From the NCBI GenBank assembly GCA_000091205.1, contig AP006500.2: a stretch of 64,000 nt of DNA. One strand, written 5' to 3'. Positions 22,501 through 32,779 of this stretch are shown here, in pieces. The position numbers were made by a program, and so were the translations under genes. The stretch's first letter is position 1. Each line of letters starts with the position of its first letter. The stretch is from Cyanidioschyzon merolae (taxonomy: Eukaryota). Below the pieces are notes generated by a model. That model searched no databases. It was not told the origin of the DNA and was given only the letters and a program-made list of their open reading frames with translations.

Positions 22501-24130
22501 ACAAGCGCTCCTGAACGGTTTTGCGGAGACCAATGTCGACATCTGGGTCGACGTGATTCCCCAGATTGTCGCTCGTCTGCACTCGCCGGTACCACCGGTG
22601 CAGGCCGGTGTTCGAGCGCTCCTAATTCGCATCGGGCGAGCACATCCACAAGCGCTGGTGTTTCCGCTCGCAGTGGCCGCCAAGTCCAGTAATGCGCGTC
22701 GACGTGAGGCCGCTATCGACGTGCTCCAGGCGCTGCGTCTCGAGTCACCGGCGCTGGTTGCCCAGGCTGAACTCGTATCCCGCGAACTGGTGCGTATCGC
22801 GGTGCTCTGGCCCGAAATGTGGCATGAGGCACTCGAGGAGGCCTCGCGCGTCTACTTTGGCGAACACAACGTGCCGGGCATGTTGGCGATTCTGTCGCCG
22901 CTGCACGACCTGGTCGAGGCAGGCCCTAGCACCGCACGTGAGGCTAGCTTCATTCGCGAGTTTGGCCGTGAACTCGCCGAGGCTCGCGAATGGTGTCGGC
23001 GCTATCTGGCGAGTGGACGCGACTCCGACCTGAATCAGGCCTGGGAGCTCTACTACTCCATCTTTCGCCGGATCAACAAGTCGCTCTCCAGCATGACACA
23101 GCTGCAACTCGCGGAGGTGTCGCCAGCGCTGCTGGAGGCTCGGAACTTGGCGCTGGCGGTGCCCGGCACCCGCGAACAGGTCACCATCGTCTCGTTTGCA
23201 CCGGTGTTGAACGTGATCAGTTCGAAACAACGGCCGCGAACGCTGACCATCTACGGTTCCGATGGCCACGAGTACCCGTTCCTGCTCAAAGGACACGAGG
23301 ACCTGCGTCAGGATGAACGCGTGCAACAGTTTTTTGGCCTCGTGAATACGCTCCTGCCGCCCGAGATGTCCATCGTGACGTACGCGGTGCTGCCGTTGAG
23401 TCAGCAGGTCGGCCTCATTGGTTGGGTCAAGAACTGCGATACGCTGCACGCGTTGATCCGCGAGTATCGCGAACAACGCAAGATCATCCTGAACGTGGAA
23501 CATCGGATCATGTTGTCTGCAGCACCGGACTACGATAACCTGACGCTGCTCCAGAAAGTAGAAATATTCGAGTATGTGCTCGCGAATACCTCGGGCAATG
23601 ACTTGGCCAATATCATGTGGCTGCGTAGTCGCAGCGCGGAGATGTGGCTGGAGCGACGCACCAACTACGCACGTTCGCTGGCGGTCATGTCCATGGTAGG
23701 GTATATTATCGGCCTCGGGGATCGACACCCGTCGAATATGCTCATCACACGCGACACCGGCAAAGTCATTCATATCGATCACGGTGATTGTTTCGAGACC
23801 GCGATGCATCGCGAGAAGTATCCCGAGAAAGTGCCGTTCCGGTTGACGCGGATGTTGGTACGGGCACTGGGTGTCTCGGGTGTCGAGGGCATCTTTCGGG
23901 TGACATGTGAGTCGACCATGGAGATTCTGCGTGCGAACAAACCCGTGCTCATGGCTATGTTGGAAATCTTTGTGCACGATCCGTTGCTGGTACGAACGCT
24001 GCAGCCGGCGGCGGCACCGGGGGCAACAACCACGGGCCTCGAGGCGACTGGGTTGGCGGCTGTTGCAGCCGGCTCGCCGCTGCATACACCGGCAGTGTGG
24101 CCTCGGCAGGCTACTGGAGCAACAGCAGCA

Positions 24131-24169
<39 letters not shown>

Positions 24170-24793
24170 GCAGCAGCAACAGGGCAATGGGGCACGGTAT
24201 CGACGTTTCCTGTGCAAGAGGCACGCCTTGGCGAGCGTGCTGGCGAAGAGCAGCCGCAGCCAGCGTCGACGCTGGTGCAAGTACCTCGAGCGCCAACCAG
24301 GATGCGACGTGTCGACATGTCGGGTGCAGAGGCGACGGCTGCGGCTGCAGCTGCGGGCGAGGCGTCCTTGTCGTTGCGGCTGCTGCAGGGCACCATGTCG
24401 TTACGTGCAGCGCTTCGTCTGGAGCAGTCCAATGCCGGCACAGTCGAGGAGGTCGCTGAAGAGGGTATCGCGGAGACGCCGTCGCCGCTGACAACGCGTC
24501 GACCAGGTGCGGGTAGTCTAACGCCGCGCACGCTGGGCAACGGTACCTTGACGACAGGTGCCGGTGCTGGTGCCGGTGCTCCCACGATACTTCCCGAGGA
24601 TCTACTCGGCGATGAAAACCGCGGTGAACGCGCTGTTGCGATCGTGCAACGCATGTCACAGAAACTGAGTGGGCGCGACTTTGATCCACGACGTGTGCTC
24701 ACTGTCGCTGAGCAGGTCGAACGCCTGATTCAGCAGGCAACGAACTCAGAGAACCTGGCACCTGCTTATGTGGGCTGGTGCAACTGTTGGTAG
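16580..24793 (+). CDS. TOR: Target of rapamycin (TOR) serine/threonine kinase: HEAT/FAT repeats, FRB domain, PIKK kinase domain, FATC
   Basis: ATG at 16580, TAG at 24791-24793. FRB: WHEALEEASRVYFGEHNVPGMLAILSPLHDLV...AWELYYSIFRRI. Catalytic loop GLGDRHPSNMLI. Activation segment HIDHGDCFETAMHREKYPEKVPFRLTRML (canonical HIDFGDCFE). FATC ending AYVGWCNCW. Single 2737-codon ORF with several low-complexity inserts. Confidence 0.92.
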
Positions 24794-26156
24794 CCAGAGC
24801 GGGCCTCTGGTCGAGTCCATGGAACCAGAGTGCACAGCAGGCAGGCAGGCAGGCAGGCAGGCAACCGACTCGAGGATCATGATAGGCAGCGCGCTGGTCG
24901 AGTCTAGTCATGCTCCAGGGCACAACGCCGGGCTATGCGTCGTTCAACAGAGACGCACTGGTCTGTTTTTTGATTCGATGGGTAGAGGCGGCAGCATCGG
25001 GATTCCAACGGGGAATCTTCGCGAACCACATATCGTATCGCACGTTTCACTGGGATTGATTTACGACGCTTTCTTGATACGCAACCTCTAAATACCGATG
25101 CATCATTCATTCGTTCATTCATTGGTTGATTCTAGCGTTGCGCTGTGGATCTGTTGCGGTGGTGCTGGCACGATCACCAACAGGCAACTGCGTACCAGCG
25201 GGCGTACCGTGCGCACCAGCTGCTACATACAACCCGAGTCGGTGTCGCAGCATCCGTTGCTTGGAGTGAGCGCCTACAACCGGATTCTCAACGTTCATGG
25301 CGGTAAGCAACAAAGTGCACCAGCTCGAGTCTGAACGATATGTTTACGGATCGGGACGTGTGCGAGACAAAAGCGTAAATGTCAGCGCAGCTGCTACCAA
25401 GCACGCGAGTTGCTTCGAAGAAAGATGCACCGCTCTGCGAACATATCAGGCACCGAGGACGAATGCTCTCCACGAATGGGCGATGGATCGTGTACTTGGT
25501 CTGGAGTGTTGGCGAATCGTCGTGGAGTGCGCCTCTGCCGGACGCCAGCGTCTGTAGTGACGATACAGAGGCACGGACGTCGTACGGACACCAGGTCTCG
25601 CGAATCCAGCGCATGTGCATCACTCTGGATCGTAGGTACCGCAGCAGGTGACCCGGGAAAGGCGCGCGAGTGAGTTTCCCATCCATCACGTGGAGACGCG
25701 GAAAACGGCAATCGAAACGTATGGGAGCGGTCAAGTGAAGCGTCCCGGTACCTGGTTTGCGCGCTTCTCTAGGAGAGCACAGGTGCGCGGTGCTCGCGCA
25801 CCACCACGCGCGACGGTCGCTGCTGCTGGTGCTAAACTCGGGCATCGGCCAGCGGTATTTTCGTCATTCGCGTCCGAGACGGAGTTAGCGAGTCAGCGGC
25901 AGCTGGGCGGCTCGATATGGGAGAAAGCGCGTACCCGGTGGTTTCCCTGGTCAGCTGTCCATCCGACCGTTATGTGCCGCCTTCGAACCGAGCGCCAATA
26001 CGGGATCAATGAATAGGCTGTGTATCGCATTGCGAGGCTGCAGGCGAACCGAAAAGCGCGCACAAGTCTGCGGCTCCAACAGACGTATTCACCAACATGT
26101 ATCGATATGTGCTGAAAACCCGCAATCGGGAAGTATCCCGGAATACGCACCATGCC

Positions 26157-28457
26157 TCAGCAGACATGGCCTGGACTCGTGCGTCTGGAGCACGATTCCC
26201 TAGTTGTCGATGACATTGCATTCGGGGCGCTGTGCGAATGCTGCTTTTGAGCACGGGCTGCTGCAAGTATCCGCAGCTTTCGCTCATCCTCAATCGCAAA
26301 TTGTACGATCAGGCGTCGCCCCTGGTGCGGAGCAGGCAACACGTTGGGATTATTGTTGACGAGTCGCAAAGCTCGAAGCGCTGCATCGTGCGTTGCAAAC
26401 TCTACAAATGCATACGCACATACCCGTTGCTTGCGACTTCGTTCCCGAGCAATGCGCACCTGTTTGATGACGGCTGGTTTGGCGTCGGTTTCAGTCGATG
26501 CTCCAGCTTGGGCAAAAATCGCCTTGATCTGAGCGATACGCAGGCTGCGCGGAATATTATGAACGCTGAGTAGTGTCCGGGATACAAAGGTATGGGGATT
26601 GCGGCGTAGTTTTCGCTGTTTCGCCTGCTCTAGGCGCTCTCGTAACGCCAACTCGGACTCGCTGAGACCCGCTGCTGCCGGTTGGTGGCGTTCGATGACA
26701 CCCTCTAGGGCGAGATAAAGATTACGACGATCCGAGTGATGCGCTCGTGTCAGCATGGACTGTTGTCTCTGGGTGACGACCTGGGCGACGTCCGTGCGCG
26801 ATAAAGCCCAACTGAACTGTAAACGCTGGCCATGGAGTTGGAAAGCAGATTCATGGAGAGAGGCGGGTGCGTCAGAGGAGGCCTCGTTCAAGACGCGTTC
26901 AGCGGATGCGCGTTCCGCGAAACAGACAAAAGCTCGACCGCGTGGGAGTCCCGTAATCGAATCGCGGACCAGAGCACAGTACCGAATAGGTCCGTAGGGC
27001 TCCAGAAGCGCCTTGACTTGAGCGGCTGTTGCATCCAACGGTACATGACGCACAAAGAGTGTGCACGCGAGCATGGCTCTTGCTCGATCTTCAGAGGTGC
27101 CAGCGCCGACTCGAGACGCTTCACCGTCGCGTCCAGAGGACGTATGAAGTGGCTTTGCCTGATCCGCCTCGGGTTGCATCGAGTCGCTGGAACTCGCCTC
27201 CAAACGCTCTATTCTTGTTGTTGTTGTTGTTGTTGTTGCTGCCGGTCGTTGACGTTTTCGCGATCGATCGCTGGGGGCATGGGCACCGTCTGCAACCGGC
27301 GTCTGCGCGGCTGTCTCTGCAGGCAACGCACTCGCAGGGGTGTCGGCTTCGTGGGAGGCGTGCACCACCTTTGTTGTGCATGCCTCTGACGAAGATGCGC
27401 GACCGTCTCCTTCAGTGTTAGCGTTTGAGTCCCGGCTTGCATCGGATGCGTTGTCTGCGGTCGACGCTTGCCGCTCGCGGTAGTCATCGCGCGAAAGCGC
27501 CCGATCCAACGCAAGCACGCGCCCACAGAACGACTGTCCATTGAGGCGCTGGACTGCAGCGTTTGCGTCCGCCCGGGTAAAGTACTCGGCAAAAGCGTAG
27601 CCAGCCCAGCAGGTATCCGAGGACGCCCCTCCGGTGGACGCTGCTTTGCGAGGCACGTTTACTGCAACCAGAGGTCCAACCTGGCGTAAACGCTCCAGCA
27701 ACGCATCCAATGAAAATCTAAAGGGAAGATTGCGAAGAATGACCCGGCACTGCTTTCTCGTGCTGATACCAACAATCTGGGCACTGAGTCCTTCGCGCTG
27801 ATCCGTACTAGGTTCGTGTTCCAGCACCAGGTCGTGCAACATGCCACAGACGTTCCGTGCATCCACCCAGGTTGGTAAAATGAGCTCCCGCTCTCGCTCT
27901 TGGGTATAGGTCGGTGCGAGCGCACCCGTTGCCGTACTCAAGCCGTTTGTCGATGCCCCGGTCCATACCTGGGTGCCGAATCGCTCTAGGACGCTGCGAA
28001 AGCGCGTCTCTTGGGCAACGCTCCAGGCGGCCGCATCCCGTCGTCGAACACGTACCGTGCGTAGGGGCAGTGCTCCTTCAACGGGTCGTCTGACTGGTTC
28101 AGACCGCTCAGTGGTACGCTGTAGCGGGTTTTTCCCGCGTTGCGCTGGAACCAGTGCAGCTTGCAAAGTGGCACGCACTAGCTCAGAGACGCTGTCGCTG
28201 AGGTTGCTCGCAGGCTCCGAAGCTGCTGCTACTGCTACTGCTGCTAACTGTCTCTGGTGCACAAGTTTCAAGGCCTGTTCGGCGTCTCTAGTGAGAATGT
28301 ACTCAATATAGGCCTCACCTGTTTTCGGTTGCACCAGACAGCGACGTATCGGTCCGATGCGTCCGAAGAGCTCCGTTACCGCAGCTCGACGACAGCTCGA
28401 TCGAGGCACTCCGCTGAGCTTTAGCGCTAAGCGGGGCTCAGCTGCACCAGCTTTCAT
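26157..28457 (-). CDS. Multi-RRM RNA-binding protein, Nop4/RBM28-like (four RRM-type domains)
   Basis: The track ORF starts at a TTG (28469); the first ATG is at 28457 (MKAGAAEPRLALKLSG). RNP-like segments GYAFAEYF, RAFVCFAE, CAYAFVEFAT. Arrangement of four RRMs and a basic tail as in Nop4/RBM28; acidic and Thr-rich linker. Confidence 0.55.
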   Translation of the reverse strand: MKAGAAEPRLALKLSGVPRSSCRRAAVTELFGRIGPIRRCLVQPKTGEAYIEYILTRDAEQALKLVHQRQLAAVAVAAASEPASNLSDSVSELVRATLQAALVPAQRGKNPLQRTTERSEPVRRPVEGALPLRTVRVRRRDAAAWSVAQETRFRSVLERFGTQVWTGASTNGLSTATGALAPTYTQERERELILPTWVDARNVCGMLHDLVLEHEPSTDQREGLSAQIVGISTRKQCRVILRNLPFRFSLDALLERLRQVGPLVAVNVPRKAASTGGASSDTCWAGYAFAEYFTRADANAAVQRLNGQSFCGRVLALDRALSRDDYRERQASTADNASDASRDSNANTEGDGRASSSEACTTKVVHASHEADTPASALPAETAAQTPVADGAHAPSDRSRKRQRPAATTTTTTTRIERLEASSSDSMQPEADQAKPLHTSSGRDGEASRVGAGTSEDRARAMLACTLFVRHVPLDATAAQVKALLEPYGPIRYCALVRDSITGLPRGRAFVCFAERASAERVLNEASSDAPASLHESAFQLHGQRLQFSWALSRTDVAQVVTQRQQSMLTRAHHSDRRNLYLALEGVIERHQPAAAGLSESELALRERLEQAKQRKLRRNPHTFVSRTLLSVHNIPRSLRIAQIKAIFAQAGASTETDAKPAVIKQVRIARERSRKQRVCAYAFVEFATHDAALRALRLVNNNPNVLPAPHQGRRLIVQFAIEDERKLRILAAARAQKQHSHSAPNAMSSTTRESCSRRTSPGHVC

Positions 28458-28599
28458 CACGTCCGTCAATGAACAAGCACGTGTTCGTTAGAGCAACGAA
28501 GCAGTATGGACACGTGCGTGGTGTGTGCCCCGTGATCGCTACGCTTTTTCGACGCAAAGCCGCAACGACCTGCTCCAGGCGAGCGGCGAACGCCCCAGA

Positions 28600-29810
28600 C
28601 GTACAGTGCTGGTGCGAGACGCCCGGAGCGTTCCATGCGGTGGGAAACGTCCCCGCCGCCTCCTCCTCCTCCTCGTGCACACAACCGACACCGCCAAAGC
28701 ACAAAGCGTGAAACGTGATCACTGGTACGGAATAGCGTCAACACTGGGTGCTTGTTCATGGATGGGCTATGGACGGTGGTCCCGGGCAGTGCCGTGCGGT
28801 GGGAAACGTCCCCGCCGCCTCCTCCTCCTCCTCGTGCACACAACCGACACCGCCAAAGCACAAAGCGTGAAACGTGATCACTGGTACGGAATAGCGTCAA
28901 CACTGGGTGCTTGTTCATGGATGGGTTATGGACGGTGGTCCCGGGCAGTGCCGTGCGGTGGGAAACGTCCCCGCCGCCTCCTCCTCATCCTCCTCCTCCT
29001 CCTCGTGCACACAACCGACACCGCCAAAGCACAAAGCGTGAAACGTGATCACTGGTACGGAATAGCGTCAACACTGGGTGCTTGTTCATGGATGGGCTAT
29101 GGACGGTGGTCCCGGGCAGTGCCGTGCGGTGGGAAACGTCCCCGCCGCCTCCTCCTCATCCTCCTCCTCCTCCTCCTCGTGCACACAACCGACACCGCCA
29201 AAGCACAAAGCGTGAAACGTGATCACTGCTACGGAACAGCGTCAACACTGGGTGCTTGTTCATGGATGGGTTATGGACGGTGGTCCCGGGCAGTGCCGTG
29301 CGGTGGGAAACGTCCCCGCCGCCTCCTCCTCATCCTCCTCCTCCTCCTCGTGCACACAACCGACACCGCCAAAGCACAAAGCGTGAAACGTGATCACTGG
29401 TACGGAACAGCGTCAACACTGGGTGCTTGTTCATGGATGGGTTATGGACGGTGGTCCCGGGCAGTGCCGTGCGGTGGGAAACGTCCCCGCCGCCTCCTCC
29501 TCATCCTTCTCCTCCGCCTCGTGCACGCAACCGACACCGCCAAAGCACAAAGCGTGAAACATGATCACTGGTACGGAACAGCGTCAACACTGGGTGCTTG
29601 TTCATGGATGGGTTATGGACGGTGGTCCCGGGCAGTGCCGTGCGGTGGGAAACGTCCCCGCCGCCTCCTCCTCATCCTCCTCCTCCGCCTCGTGCACACA
29701 ACCGACACCGCCAAAGCACAAAGCGTGAAACGTGATCACTGGTACGGAATAGCGTCAACACTGGGTGCTTGTTCATGGATGGGTTATGGACGGTGGTCCG
29801 GGTGCAAACC
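28600..29810. repeat. Tandem minisatellite, about 7 copies of a 159-174 bp unit containing a variable (CCT)n tract, immediately upstream (about 140 bp) of the RRM-protein start codon
   Basis: The unit ggtggtcccgggcagtgccgtgcggtgggaaacgtccccgccgcc(tcc)n tcgtgcacacaaccgacaccgccaaagcacaaagcgtgaaacgtgatcactggtacggaatagcgtcaacactgggtgcttgttcatggatgggttatggac recurs with period 159, 159, 171, 174, 170, 172 bp. The track ORFs 28525-29901 (+) and 28466-28918 (-) are translations of this repeat. Confidence 0.9.
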
Positions 29811-30679
29811 TGCTTGGCGGGTACCAACTTGGTCGTGGTTTACGCGTGTGACAAGCGTACCCGAAGCGCGTATCGTCATGAATGGATTTCGTGCTTGGTA
29901 GGCTGCGGACTGGATGCAAAGCTGCTCGATGCAGTGTAGCAGCGGAGTCGATGTTGGATAGCAGCAGTGTTTGGTTGACGTGCATCACTGGGGTTGCGTG
30001 AGTGAGGCATCAGGAATCACGTTATAGAAAAAGATGTATGTCAACGATGAGCACTCAGGGCATGATCGCGGGGGAGTCGAGGTCGCATCATCCGGCATCC
30101 GCAACGATCGAAAATGATGTTGCTTCCCTGCTGTTGGCGGCTATGTGTTCGGTACCAGGTATTGTGTTCGGGTGCAATACGCAACGTCCATCGCTCAACA
30201 AACATGAAGGATAAGTAGCATGGCGGAGGAGTTTCAGAGGAGCGCGGATCCCTGGACCGGTTGCGCTGCTCGCGCTCGGTAAATGTTTCCGATCCTGTTC
30301 TCGGCGAATAGGATCGATATTCAGAGAGCAGTAGTACAGGATTCGGGACACTAGGTCGACTTTTTGAAACGGCTGGTTCGGCGAGTTGCCGCTGCAATTC
30401 ATCAAGTCACTGAAATCAAGATGAATTGTGATGTCGGCGAACACCGGTGCCGCAAAGTAATCCATTTCGCGATCCAATGCATACGTACATGCCTCCACTA
30501 GTCCCATTTGCTTACACGCAGCACGCTGGAATCATGCGCTCTTCAACTTGTCGATCTTTCTGTTCTAAAAAAACTCCCGGGTGTAGTGATTCGCGTGGCT
30601 GGGTCCCCGGGCTCAGAAACTCAACGTCGTGCCTTGACGACTTTATATACAACTCCGGCCGAAATATCACTGAAACGCT

Positions 30680-30900
30680 CAAGGCAAATACGGATCGAGT
30701 TCATTCGAAAGAGGAATTCCTCTATCTTTGAGTCCATCGCCAAAACCGCATTCGATAGCAGGATGAAACCTCGTACGAGATACGCTCCAAACACGCCCGT
30801 CTCTTTTTTTCGGAATGAAGAAAAAGGGCCCTGGACTCGAACTCGACTCGTCGCAGCGATCACTTGTAACGGAGATTGCGTCACAGTATTGCACGACGGG
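30680..30900 (-). repeat. Copy 1 of a dispersed SINE-like element of about 200 bp carrying a tRNA B-box-like motif (gagttcgagtcc)
   Basis: Shares about 70% identity with 39890-40100 (+) and, more weakly, with 61700-61900 (-). Conserved blocks gacgcaatct, gatcgctgcRaYga, tcRagtYcgagtYcaaggcc. The short ORFs translate to similar peptides (SDRCDESSSSPGPF / NDRCNDSSPSSRPF / TDRCNDSCPYPRPF). Confidence 0.55.
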
Positions 30901-31909
30901 ATCGTAGACGGGGTGGAATTTCTCGACTTGCTCTCTAGCCGAGATTTTCCTTCGGGTTCAAGTTCCATTATGGACGACAATGCGTTCCATGAATCCGGTA
31001 TTAACTGGAACAAAGTGAGTTTTCGTTGGTGCAGAAGAAAGCGATTGCGGTGAGGGCATTGCTCAGAAAAAGCGTGAGATCGTCGAGTACGGCACTGGGC
31101 GGATACCCGGCACAGAGGGTTACCGAGGCGAGCCTTCTCTACCCGTCCAGGGCAGGTACTGGGCTATGAAACAGGCGCATGTCGCACTGCAGGGCGGCCC
31201 ACGGAGCATGCATAATGGTGAATGCACGGGAGTACCTGACGAGTATCCTTTGGAAGCGCTGGGCGGGCCAAACCGGTGCTATATACAAAGAAAATGAAAA
31301 ACGCTCGAAGCGAAGATCATAACCTGCGACTGGGCCTGCATTGCGTCGGTAAAGAAAATGGAAAACGCTCGAAGCGAAGATCATAACCTGCGACTGGGCC
31401 TGCATTGCGTCGATAACAGCGTAGAGCACCGAAATCGGGATTTGAACGCTGTCCCCAACATCCTTCGAATACTGACAACAGAGCTGCAAGAACAGAAGAC
31501 ATCGCCGAATGTACATCCAGAGATAAGAAAGAGTGCGGATAAACAAAACAGTCACCGACAAATCCAGTCATGGCCGGTGTTGATAACATCAGAAACAACC
31601 CACAGCTCTCATGTGAGCGCCCCAGTACGAGCACCCGTTCCAGTTTGATTTGATATGCATATAGACGAACGTGGGAAAACGAACCCCAAACTCTGGATGA
31701 TTTCAAGACATACCCCAGAATATGAGTCCGAGACCAGGATGCATCCGGCAGGGCAGCGGCTGGTTTCGCGTCGCTGGTCGGGTACAGGACGAACACCACG
31801 AGGCCCCAATTAGTTTGCAATCCGAGCGAATCCACTCCGTCGGCACCGCTATCCGAATATCCCCGTCTTTCATCAACAACAGAGCAAGTGGCATGTTGGT
31901 GCTCAAACT

Positions 31910-32748
31910 CTAGGCTAGCGCTACATTACCGGTGAGATGGTGTTGGAGCATCTCGACCAGGCGCGAGATGACCAGTTTTGGTGCCTGCGAGCGCACCACT
32001 AGCGCTACCCGCGGCGGTGTGGACTCGACAACCATTTCGCCCAACATTGGTGCACTGAGACCCATCTGAGCTGCCCAGAACACCTGCCAGACAGACGCAT
32101 CAGTCGGCTGGAGCCAGCGCTCCGCCATGATCGACAAGGTCTGTGTCAGCGCCCGGAGACGCGTCCGAACGTCTGATACCGTCTGCGAGGCGGCTCGCTC
32201 CCAGTTGAAACGCTCTTCAGCAGCGGATCCCAAACGATTCCACTGGTCTAGAAAAGCTGCTCGATCAAGGGAGCGAGGTGTCGCGTGGATCGCCTCCATG
32301 ACCGGTATCGTATCGGAAAAGTAGAGCACCCCCAGTGGTGTGCACTTGATGGCAATTTGCACCAGATTCGCTCGTTGATCAGCGAATGCTTCCTTCTGGA
32401 TGGTGAGCGGGAGCACCACCACCGCACTGTCGCCTCGTTGAAGGATTGGTGGCTCCGTTGTGAAGCGCGGCGGTGCCACGACCCCAAAGATGTTCTTGTT
32501 CAGTTGAATCGCAAAATCACCGACGCCCTGAGCTGCGGCAATATTCTCCAACAGCAAACGCAGCTGCATGCCATGCGTCTCATCAAATGACGATGACGAT
32601 GTCCGAGATCGCACCAGTCCACCGGTAATACGTAGCCCGTGTCCGGCCTCTGTCGATAAGAGCAAGCGAGGCGGAATATGATCAGGAGCCGCAGGCAAAG
32701 GAACCTCATTCCCGCTTGGCACCGAACGGGACGCTGAGGTCGAGCGCT

Positions 32749-32779
<31 letters not shown>

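Noticed and set aside
22745-24280. 511-aa ORF on the minus strand inside the TOR gene (and similar long antisense ORFs, e.g. 1943-2560, 6044-6628, 5230-5925, 32500-33345, 36406-37131, 56818-57240)
   Set aside because: They lie antisense to strongly supported conserved genes. In GC-rich, GC3-biased coding sequence the opposite strand is depleted of stop codons. Their translations are low-complexity (polyC, polyA) with no motifs.
16580-24793. Possibility that the window is a bacterial operon-type locus (given bacterial-like SQD1, SqdX-like, NusG, RseP genes)
   Set aside because: These genes are interspersed with unmistakably eukaryotic genes (TOR, beta-adaptin, RFC1 with BRCT, DNMT3 with PHD fingers). 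They carry N-terminal presequences, are separated by kb-scale intergenic regions with minisatellites, and show no Shine-Dalgarno or operon organisation.
28525-29901. 458-aa ORF (and 150-aa minus-strand ORF 28466-28918) with a periodically repeating peptide
   Set aside because: Pure translation of the 160-175 bp tandem repeat; no start-codon context, and the repeat periodicity explains the open frame.
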